DNA of 64,000 bases from Chiloscyllium plagiosum (taxonomy: Eukaryota), in NCBI RefSeq assembly GCF_004010195.1, contig NC_057717.1:101843060-101907059 (forward strand), read 5' to 3'. Of the stretch, positions 26,178-35,992 are shown piece after piece. The position numbers were made by a program, and so were the translations under genes. The notes below the pieces were generated by a model that was not told the DNA's origin, did no database searches, and worked only from the letters and a program-made list of their open reading frames with translations. Within the stretch, counting starts at the first letter, position 1; each line of letters begins with the position of its first letter.

Positions 26178-26341
26178 TTTTGCAAACAACTCTTGTTGCT
26201 GGCGTAGCAGTTCCTCCTCTGGTATGCCAAGGTTCTCTAAGCGAGCGTTTGCCTTTCTCCTTTCTAAGGCAACTGTCTTGCATTCCCGCAGAACTTCCTT
26301 TACTTCTGTTATGTACGATCCAAAACCTAGACTTTCCAAGG
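26178..26341 (-). CDS. DR1: DR1 (NC2-beta) middle coding exon
   Basis: gtgcaacag|CC TTG GAA AGT ... TTT GCA AAA|gtaagg; 164 nt, phase 1 to phase 0; ALESLGFGSYITEVKEVLRECKTVALERRKANARLENLGIPEEELLRQQQELFAK is near-identical to vertebrate DR1. Confidence 0.95.
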
Positions 26342-28113
26342 CTGTTGCACAAGGTAACAGAAAGCATGTTGTAACATTCCCCTGGCTCTGCAAAAGATCT
26401 CTGCTGCATATTAATTTAGACCTGACAAATCCAATATCAAAATCTTTGTATTTACAGACGGGTTTATGATTTAATTCTACACTTTTGTTGGGTATTGATT
26501 TAAACTCAACAGTTGGATATCAAAATCTATTCATATTCATGTAGAGAACCAGCTGTGTTCAGTTTTATTTCAAATTCATTTCATTCACTTTCTCTTGGCA
26601 TTTTGCCTTTCCAAAACACTTCAGCTGTGGTCATTCCAAGTGTATAAGCTATCTTCAGTATCTTGCCCAAGTGACCATTATGAGAACTTATGACAGTGCC
26701 AACAAAGCTTTTTGAGGGCAGTAGAGCCAGGTTAGATCCCATCCTCGTTCGATTTCCACACTGTCAACGGAGTCACCAGATTACAACTTGAATTGAGAAC
26801 ACAAGCTGATCTTTCTAGCTCCTTAGTCTAAGGAAGGAAACCCACTCAGAAACGGGGAGAATGTACATACTATCCATAATCATCCGAGGTTAGTATTAAC
26901 CCCAAATGTTTGCAAGAATAACTTTGCAGGGACAACAGGACTTTTTTGTGATCATTCTTATGCCTTAGCACAATTGCACTGCCTTCCCCACCTGGTTCCA
27001 TGAGAATTCATGGGATTTGGAGTCAGGTTTTGAGGACTCCAAGGGCAACTCCCTGTAGACTGTGCACCACAGCCATCAGCCTTCCTGGGTCTGTCCTGCC
27101 CCTGGGAAAGGAATGGATGTCAACAGTGTTGTCAGGGACTTTGTAAGGTATGATTCCGAGAGTATGATGTCAGGCTGCTGCTTGACCAATCTGAGAGATT
27201 ACTCTCCCAATTTTAGTACTAACCCCAGACGGTAGAAAGGAGGACTTTGCAGGGACACCAGGCTTTATTGTGATCATTTCTGAGCCTTAGGCGATTCCAG
27301 ATGGTCTGTGTCTGTCCAGTTTCATTTATTTTTTGAGACTGGTTGAATTCTAGTAAATGGCTTTCTTGTCCATTTCAGAGTCAATGACATTGCTGGCGTT
27401 GAATGGCAGTTTCCTTTTCTAAAGGACATTAGTGAACCATATGGTTTTAGGATTTAACTGTAACTGAATTCAAATTTGTGGTCGGATTTGAACCTGGTTC
27501 CCAGAACTCAATCACTGGATTTTCAGTCTAGCAACAATACCACTAAGTCATTGCTGCCCCTATGGCATTAAGTTTATCAACGTGGCATACTTCAATAGTC
27601 TTCTACACCTTACTGTGCAGCTGTACAGAGGGGAAAAAAATTCTGGTTATAGACTGCACTGCATGGCCTCTCAACCTAACAGCTATTGAAACTGTTTGGA
27701 CTTATCACTGGACTGTTAATCTAGAGACCCACGTAATGTTCGGGGGACCTGGGTTCACACCCCACCATGGAAGATGGTGACATTTGAATCCTGGGCAATG
27801 AGGAATGGGAAATAAATGTTACCCAGCCTTTGGCACCCTCATCCCATGAATGAATTTTAAAACAAAACTTTTGAGATGTAGTCATTGCTGCAACATAGGA
27901 AATATAGTAATACATTGGGCAGCAAGCTCCCACAAACTGGAATGAATCAGATCAGCTGTCATTCATCAGGCACTGGTTGCAGGATAAACACTGACCAGGA
28001 CGCAAGGGAGGTCTGTTCAATGAATGGAAACTACAAGACCTTTCACACCCACGCAACAGGGGTACAGGGACCTTAACCTTAATGTTTACTTTGATGTGTG
28101 GCATCTTCAAGAG

Positions 28114-28613
28114 NNNNNNNNNNNNNNNNNNNNNNNNNNNNNNNNNNNNNNNNNNNNNNNNNNNNNNNNNNNNNNNNNNNNNNNNNNNNNNNNNNNNNNN
28201 NNNNNNNNNNNNNNNNNNNNNNNNNNNNNNNNNNNNNNNNNNNNNNNNNNNNNNNNNNNNNNNNNNNNNNNNNNNNNNNNNNNNNNNNNNNNNNNNNNNN
28301 NNNNNNNNNNNNNNNNNNNNNNNNNNNNNNNNNNNNNNNNNNNNNNNNNNNNNNNNNNNNNNNNNNNNNNNNNNNNNNNNNNNNNNNNNNNNNNNNNNNN
28401 NNNNNNNNNNNNNNNNNNNNNNNNNNNNNNNNNNNNNNNNNNNNNNNNNNNNNNNNNNNNNNNNNNNNNNNNNNNNNNNNNNNNNNNNNNNNNNNNNNNN
28501 NNNNNNNNNNNNNNNNNNNNNNNNNNNNNNNNNNNNNNNNNNNNNNNNNNNNNNNNNNNNNNNNNNNNNNNNNNNNNNNNNNNNNNNNNNNNNNNNNNNN
28601 NNNNNNNNNNNNN
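28114..28613. other. Assembly gap (500 N); expected to hold DR1 coding exon 1
   Basis: Run of N. The DR1 N-terminal histone fold is not found elsewhere between exon 2 and the promoter. Confidence 0.9.
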
Positions 28614-28934
28614 AGGGAGAAGTGAGACGGCGGTCATAAGAAAGAAGGAGATTGACCCGACACAGAGCTGCCTCCCACCACCTTTGCCCCGTCCCCCTGC
28701 CTGCCGCCACCTTTACCATCTTCACCTTCTCTCACTCCACAGACCCCCCGCCATCTCCACCGGAAGTCTCCGCCAGCACTGCTTCCGTTTCCCAGGGCAA
28801 CCGGTTTTTAAAAAAACGGCCTTTTGCCTCTTTCAAGTTTAGATTCCTTTTTTCTCCTCATTTGCTCCTTTTAGTAATCTACTGAATTTATTAAAAGTCA
28901 CAAATATAGAAAACACCTTGTTACATGCTGCACG

Positions 28935-28950
28935 CTGGGAGTTGTAGTTT
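28935..28950 (-). promoter_or_regulatory. ZNF143/Staf (SBS, ACTACA-N-TCCCAG) site 1
   Basis: Minus strand AAACTACAACTCCCAG followed by CGTGCA. Confidence 0.75.
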
Positions 28951-29087
28951 ATCAGTGTTTAATCGGAGATAAAAATCAGAATGTTAAGAAGTACTTTGCT
29001 GAAAGGTCATCTTTTGTAACTGAAACTGGTTTGATTGTGTAATTGGAATTTTAAAAAGCTTCTTGCGGAATTGGCGAGCAAAGATGT

Positions 29088-29103
29088 CTGGGAATTGTAG
29101 TTT
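29088..29103 (-). promoter_or_regulatory. ZNF143/Staf (SBS) site 2
   Basis: Minus strand AAACTACAATTCCCAG, a match to the canonical motif. Confidence 0.75.
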
Positions 29104-29804
29104 ATCTCAATTTAATGTTATTTACTCCACTGTAAATTGGATTTCGCAAGTTAATATCTTTGTCTTTATATTTGTGTTGTAAAATATAATAAAATTAACT
29201 TTTGCTTATTTATTTACTATCTTCTTAAACCGTTTATTTTTTCTTCAAGGACGACTCGACCACAGGTCCCACCCTTTTAGGGCCGGTCCAGACTGAAATG
29301 CAGCCTTTCGGTTGGTTGTTGCCGTCGATTGTGTACAAAGTGTCAAGCCACGGTTGGTCAGTCCGTCAAGGAAAGGCGGAACATCAGTGACAAAAAGGGG
29401 CTTTTAATCACAGTGTCTGATCTGCGGTTGGTCGATCCGACTCTCATTATGGCACTATGGTATCGCCCATTGGTGCGCACAGCTGTCTATCATAGAGCCG
29501 AATCTGCGGTTGGTTGTTTGCCCTTTTAATCAAGGGATGTGGCATCCTCCATTGGTGCGCCCCACTGCCTATCAAAAGCCGTGTCCTGCGGCTGGTCGAC
29601 GTCCGTCAATAAAGAAGACGGCCCGCCGCCTATTGGTGCATCGAACCGTCAATCATGAAACGCGTGAGGTGGTGGGTTGATCGTGAGGGGAAGTGAAGCT
29701 GCTGATTGGCCCGTCCAGCCATCAGTTTTGCGCGGAGAGTGTGGGCGGTGCTTGTCTGATGGCGGACCCGCCTCCCCCCCCTCACCACTGCTTCCGGTTG
29801 TGTG

Positions 29805-29894
29805 ATGATGGCAGGGAGAGGTCCTCGGGCCGTGCCGCTGTTCGTCTTGTTCCTCGCCGGGGCGACCGCGCGGATCCACCACCTCACCCTCCGG
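29805..29894 (+). CDS. GPR108: GPR108 exon 1 (signal peptide)
   Basis: MMAGRGPRAVPLFVLFLAGATARIHHLTLR|gtaagg; hydrophobic signal peptide then RIHHL, as in GPR107/108. Confidence 0.88.
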
Positions 29895-29992
29895 GTAAGG
29901 GAGTGGTGCTCGTCGCGGGTGGCCGGGTTGTCAGTGCGGTTGGAAAACTCCCCTGTCTCTCTCCTCCTCCCCCCCTCCCCCTCCCCATGACA

Positions 29993-30140
29993 CCTGGAGG
30001 CCTCCTCTCCTCCCTTGGTCCTCTGAGGTGTTCACCTTATCCCCGCCCCCGGCCCCAGTTCCCTGGTGAAAATGACCCCCTGTCTTCAGTGGTGGAGGGT
30101 TGTCTGTCTGTCTGTCTGTGTGTTTGTGTGGAGGGATGTG
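29993..30140 (+). repeat. Arm of ~150-bp inverted duplication (partner ~31028-31165)
   Basis: ctggaggcctcc..cctctgaggtgttc..gtgaaaat..ctgtcttca..tggagggt(gt)n recurs as its reverse complement ~0.9 kb downstream. Confidence 0.75.
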
Positions 30141-30199
30141 GGTGGGTGTGTGTTACTGTTGTTGTTGACCTGGCAGTATGGCCAGGCTGCAGGAAGGAC

Positions 30200-30447
30200 C
30201 CTGGTCATGAGGGCAACCTTTTTTCACACAGGGTGGTATGGGTATGGAATGAGCTGCCAGGGGCAGTGGAGGAGGCTGGTACAATTGTAACATTTTAAGA
30301 GGCATCTGGATGGGTATATAAGTAGGGAAGGGTTTGGAGGGATTTGGGCCGGGTGCTGGCAGGTGGGACTAGATTGGGTTGGGATATTTGGTCGGCATGG
30401 ATGGGTTGGACCGAAGGGTCTCGTTCCATGCTGTACATCTCTATGAT
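30200..30447 (+). mobile_element. CR1 LINE 3' end
   Basis: gagggcaaccttttt..tggaatgagctgccag..ggcatctggatgggtat..ctgtacatctctatga. Confidence 0.85.
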
Positions 30448-31033
30448 GCCAACATCTTTGCCATACTCACGTCACACAATCCCTACAGTGTGGAAGCAGG
30501 CCCTACAAGTCCACACCGACCCTCCGAAGAGTAGCCCACCCAGACCCATTTCCCCCTACACTACACTTACCCCAGAGTTTTGAGAAGATTTGTAGCTCGG
30601 GTAGAGGTTCTGGATGTAGGTTTGCCCGCTGAGCTGGAAGGTTCATTTCCAGACATTTTGTAGCCATACTAGGTAACGTCTTCAGTGAGCCTCAGGACAA
30701 AGCCATTTGATGAAGTGGAAAATCGTAAGGCCATTCGGTCCATCGAATCTGCTTCGCTGTTCAATGTTGGCTAATATGTTTCTCAACCCCATTTTCCTGC
30801 TGTCCCCCAGTAACTATTGATTTTCTTAATAATCAAGAACCTATCTATCTCTGTCTTAGACACCCAATGACTTAGACTCAACAGTCGTCTGCAGCAATGA
30901 GTTCCACAGGTGAACCTCCCTTTGGCTGAAGAAATTCCTAATCTCAGTTCTGAAGGGTCATCTCTTCACTCTGAGGCAGTGCCTCAGGTCCTGACTAATG
31001 CACCTCACTAACGTGTCCCTGAACAGACTCCTC

Positions 31034-31065
<32 letters not shown>

Positions 31066-31189
31066 CCATCAATGAAGACAGCTCAGGGGTATTTTCACTG
31101 GGGAGATGAAGATGGGGATGAGGCGAACACCTCAGAGGCCAAAGGGAAAAGTGGAGGCCTCCAGATCCTGAAGATGTTGTGACTAAATC

Positions 31190-31365
31190 ACCTGACGTAC
31201 ACATCTTTGGTTTGTGGGAGGAAACCGGTACACCTTGTGGAAACGCAGGCAGACGTGCAGGAGAATGTCTGAGGGAGTTTGCACGTCACCTGAGGCTGGA
31301 ATTGAATCTGGGTCCCTGGTGCTTTGAGGTGACAGTGTGAACCACTGAGCCACCATGCTGTCCCA
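31190..31365 (-). mobile_element. HE1-type SINE fragment
   Basis: Reverse complement of the tRNA head (aaccactgagccaccatgctg) and V-domain. Confidence 0.75.
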
Positions 31366-33430
31366 ATTGATTGTCAGACTAGTGATGCATGAAGATCCCT
31401 CCTTTTCAGTCTCTTCCCCTCACCTGACACAATGGCCACTCTCTTTAATGAGAGTGTTGTTCCCTGTGACATTGGTGACTTTTACCCATGTGTGATGACC
31501 AATATTGTCATTCTAACCAGCATTTTGCGGACTGTAGCAGTTCTGGCAAAAGCAGGTCCTTTGCTCATCCTCAGGCCTATACTCTCTGGAATTTAGAAGA
31601 ATGAAGGGAGATCAAATTGAGGTATTCAGGATGATATAAAATAGACGTGGAGTGGATGCTTCCTCTTGTGGGGCATTCTAGGACAAGAGGTCATCGTATT
31701 AGGATAAGGGGGTAGCAAATTACACAGATTCACAACCCTTTGGGAAAAGTAGTTTCTCCTCAACTGTTTTAAATTTGACGAGAAAATACTTTTCACAAAG
31801 GATTGTGAATCTGTGGAATTTGCAACCCCAAACTGCAATGGAGGCTGGACAGTGAGCAAATTTGATGAGTTAGAAAGATTTTCTCTTTGGTAATGGGGTG
31901 AAGGGTTTTGGGAAGAAGGCAGGAAAACGGGGATGAGGAGCATATCAGCCATGATCGAATGATGGAGCAGACTCGATGGGCTGAATGGTCTAATTCTGCC
32001 TTTATATCTTATGAACCTTTCACTCGATCTGCGAGTTGCTCACGGGAGCCTCTCATTTTGAATTTCAGCATCATTGTTTTCTTTTTCCTTCCTGGTCTAC
32101 ATGTTCTAATAATCCTTTTGCCTATTTCAGTAAAGTCTTAGTACTGTATATGGCTGATTCAACCTTATTGCCTGTTCTCGTTGATACTCATTTCCTCTTA
32201 GGATAGTGAAGAAGGAAAGATTGTTAGACCGTACGATGTAGGATCAGAAGTGCGTCATTTTAAAAAAATTCATTGACAGGACATGGATGTCACTGGCTTG
32301 CCAGAATTTATTGCCCATCCCTAATTACCCAAAGGACAGTTGAGTGTCAACCAACATTGCTGTGGATTTGGAATCACATGTAGGACAGACAGGGTAGGGA
32401 GGTCAGATTTACTTCCCAAAAGGGTATTAGTGAACCAGATTAGGACAGTCAACCATGGTTTCGTCATCATTAGACTCTGATTCCAGATTTCTTATTTATT
32501 GAATTCAATTTCCACCTTCTTCCATCGTGGGATGTGAACCTGGGTTCTCAGTACATTACCTTGGTCTTTAGATTAATAGTCAAGTGATGGTACCACAAGG
32601 CAATTGTCTCTCCTAATGTGACAGAGCAAACTCAATGGGCCAAATTGCACTCTTCCACTCCTTTATCTTATAGTCTTGTGGGCTAATGATCTTTCTTCCC
32701 TCCCCCTACTAAAGTGCTTAGTTGCTCATGTCCTTTCTCTGTGAGATGCTGTAGAACCACTTTCACAGTTTGTGTTTGTCTGTTTCTCTTTATGTCTGTG
32801 TTTAAACCCCATCCAATAACTATTGTTCTTAAATTTGTGATCGCTTGACGATATTAATCAAAGCGGTATAAGTGGGCACACAGATTGTAATTCAGCGTTG
32901 ACTGTTTTTGTGTTTCTTGCTGAGCAACTCGTGCTGCAGCACCTGTAGTGTTCTGTTCATTCCAGCTAATACTATATGGCTTGCTTTTAAATAGTCTGTA
33001 TAACATTATTTCAACATCCCTAAGCACTTGATGGGTGAGATTATAAAACATACTTTCATGCTGAGCCGCAGAAGGAATGATTTAAGGAAGGTGAACAAAA
33101 ACTTGGTCAAAAAAGTGGATTCTGAGGAAGTAAAGTAAGGCAAGAGGTTCAGGAAAGGAATTTGAGTTTCGGGCTCAGGGCACAGTTGCCAGTGATGCAG
33201 TAGTTAGAAAAGGGAAGGAAGGGTGGCAGAACTGAATGAGTGCAACATCTTGGCAATCATGGGGCTGGAGGAGACTGCAGAGTAGTGCCATGGAGGGTTT
33301 GAAACAAGGAAGAGAATTTTAAAATCAATGCAGGAATTACTCCACAGGTTAGGCAATACCTGTGGAGAGAGAAACAGGCTTTGCATTTCGGCTGATTACA
33401 TTTAATCAGTTTGATTACATGATAGTTTTA

Positions 33431-34400
33431 CCATTTGATGAAGTGGAAAATCATAAAGCCATTTGACCCATTGAATCTGCTTCGCTGTTCAATCTTGGCT
33501 AATATGTTTCTCAAGGAGAAAGTGAGGGCTGCAGATGCTGGAGATCAGAGCTGAAAATGTGTTGCTGGAAAAGCGCAGCAGGTCAGGCAGCATCCAAGGA
33601 ACAGGAGAATCGACGTTTCAGGCATAAGCCCTTCTTCAGGAATGAGGAAAGCGTTTCTCAACCCCATTTTCCTGCTGTCGCCGAGTAACACTTGATCGTC
33701 TTATTAATCAAGAGTCTATCTATCTATGTCTTAAAGATACCCAATGACTTGGACTCGACAGCCTTCTGTAGCAATGAGTTGCACAGATGAATCTCCCTTA
33801 GGTTGAAGAAATTCCTGACCTCAGTTCCCAAGGGTCATCTCTTCACTCTGAGGCTGTGCTGTCAGGTCCTAAAGTCTCTGACTGACGGAAGCAGCATCTC
33901 ACATTCACCTCTATCCAGCCCCCTCAATATTCTGGAATCTTCAAACTGGTTCCCATCATCCTTTAAAACTCTATCGAGTACAGACAGGGTCCTCAACTGC
34001 TTCTTCATCCTTGGGACCATTCTTGTAAACCTCCTCTGGACCCCCCCCCTCCAATGCCACATATTCTTCCTTCGATACAAGGCCCAAAACCTCCCTTAAC
34101 ATTTCAAATGCAGTCTGACCATAGCCTTATACAGCCTCAGCAATACATCTTTGCTCTCATATTCTAACCCTCTTGAAATTAATGCTAACATTGTATTTGC
34201 CTTCCTAACTGCTGGTTGGACCTGCATCTTAACCTTAGAGAATCCTAAACTAGGACTCCAGAGTTCATTTGTTCTTCAGATTTTCAAAGCCTTTCCCATT
34301 TAGAAAATCGTCTATGCCTCCCTCCTTCCTACCAAAGCATTATGTCACACTTTCCCACATTGTATTCGATCTCCCACTTCTTTGTCCACTCTCCTAGCCT
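33431..34400 (-). mobile_element. CR1 LINE fragment with a Penelope-type insertion (33515-33652, 9-bp TSD gtttctcaa)
   Basis: ORF 33862-34080(-) GVQRRFTRMVP is CR1-like; TSD copies at 33506-33514 and 33653-33661. Confidence 0.75.
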
Positions 34401-34404
34401 GTCC

Positions 34405-35300
34405 AAGTGATAGAGATGTACAGCATGGAATCAGACCCTTTGGTCCAACTTGTCCATGCCAACCAGGTATCCTATCTAGTTCCATTGCGAGCACTTGGCC
34501 CATACCCCTCTAAAGGAGAAAGTGAGGACTGCAGATGCTGGAGATCAGAATCGGGAGTGTGGTGCTGGAAAAACACAGCAGATGAAGAGCTTGTGCCCGA
34601 AATGTTGATTCTCCTGCTCCTCAGATGCTGTGTGATTGCTGTGCTTTTCCAGCACCACACTCTCGACCCCCATATTCCTCTAAACCCTTCCTAGTTGTAT
34701 ATCCATGCAGATGCCTTTGAAATGCTGTAAATGTACCAGCCTCCACCACTTCCTCTGGCAACTCATTCCATACACTCATTACCCTCTGTGTGAACACATT
34801 GCCTCTTAGCTCCCTTTTATATCTTTCCCCTCTCATCCTAAGCCTATGCCTCTAGTTCCTGATTCCTCCACCCTAGGGGAAAGACCTTGGCTATTTACTG
34901 ATCCATGCCACTCATGATTTTCTAAACCTCTACAACATCTTCCCTCAGTCTCCGACGTTCCAGGGAAAACAGCCTGGCCCCTCTCCCTATAGCTCACGCC
35001 CTCCAACCCCAGCAACATCCTTGTAAATCTTTTCTGAACCCTTTCAAGTTTCACAACATCCTTCATATAGCAGGGAGACCAGAATTGCACGCAATATTCC
35101 AAAAGAGGCCTAACCGATGTCCTGTACAGCCACAATATGACCTCCCAACTGCTATACTGATGATCTGACCAATAAAGGCAAGCGCACCAAACGCTGCCTT
35201 CACTATCCGATCTACCTGCGACTCTTCATTCAAGGAACTATGAACTTGCACACCAACACCTTTGTTCAGCAGCACTCCCTTGGACCTTACCATTAAGTGT
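34405..35300 (-). mobile_element. CR1 LINE 3' fragment with a family-B Penelope insert (~34515-34668)
   Basis: ORF 34833-35135(-) LYRTSVRPLLEYCVQFWSPCYMKDVVKLERVQKRFTRML. Confidence 0.85.
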
Positions 35301-35788
35301 ACCCCACAAACTGCTCCAAGAAAAACTTGTAGACATTCCATACGTTCCCATTCTTGAGATCCACACTCAACCTGATTTTCCCAGTCTGTGTGCATATTGA
35401 GGTCCGTGTGATTATTCTATTCATGCCGTCTTACATTCTTTTCTATTTCCTGATTTATTTTCTTCCTCACATCCTGACTCGTGCTGTACACAACTCCCAT
35501 CAGGGTCTTTTTCCCTTTACTGTTCCTCAACTCTACCCATGCAGCTTCTTTACCTTCCAACTCTATACCACTTCTTGCTATTGATTTAGTTTCTGTTCTT
35601 ACTGATAAGGCAACACAGACACATCTGCCCATCTGCTTGTCCTTTTGAGAAGATTCTTGGATATTTAGTCACCAGCCTTGATCCCCTTGCAGCCATGTCT
35701 CTGTGATGCCCACAACATCATACCTGCCAATTTCCATCGGCGCTACAAACCCATTTAACTTGTTTTGCATATTATATGCAATTAAGTT

Positions 35789-35992
35789 CAGTAGTCCCCC
35801 TGTACCCATGGGGGATACGTTCCAGGACCTACCTCCGGAGCGGACCCATTCAATTAAATGGGAAACTGACCTTCCCAGTAGCCTCCTGGTTGCTGGTTCC
35901 AGAACGTTGCCGACAATATGTTTCTGGCGGTGGTAAACTGGGGGTAACTGAAACCGTGGAAAATGATTCTGTGGATACGTGTGTCACCCTGT
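35789..35992. mobile_element. Degenerate Tigger/pogo-type MITE
   Basis: Begins cagtagtccccctgtacccatgggggatacgttccaggacc and ends gaaaccgtgga...gtggatacg..ccctgTA, resembling Tigger termini. Confidence 0.5.

Larger units (their letters stand above)
28614..29960. promoter_or_regulatory. Bidirectional CpG-rich promoter shared by DR1 (-) and GPR108 (+)
   Basis: High CpG density; YY1-like CCGCCATCT (28748-28756); ETS CCGGAAGT (28760-28767) and CTTCCGG (29791-29797); two ZNF143 sites; repeated ATTGG/GTTGG boxes. Confidence 0.85.

Noticed and set aside
27952-28842. Long ORFs (175-272 aa) in the ORF track
   Set aside because: Artefacts of translating through the 500-N gap.
29311-29724. CRISPR-like repeat/spacer appearance of the periodic promoter array
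   Set aside because: Eukaryotic promoter, highly degenerate units and no cas genes; better explained as transcription-factor motifs.
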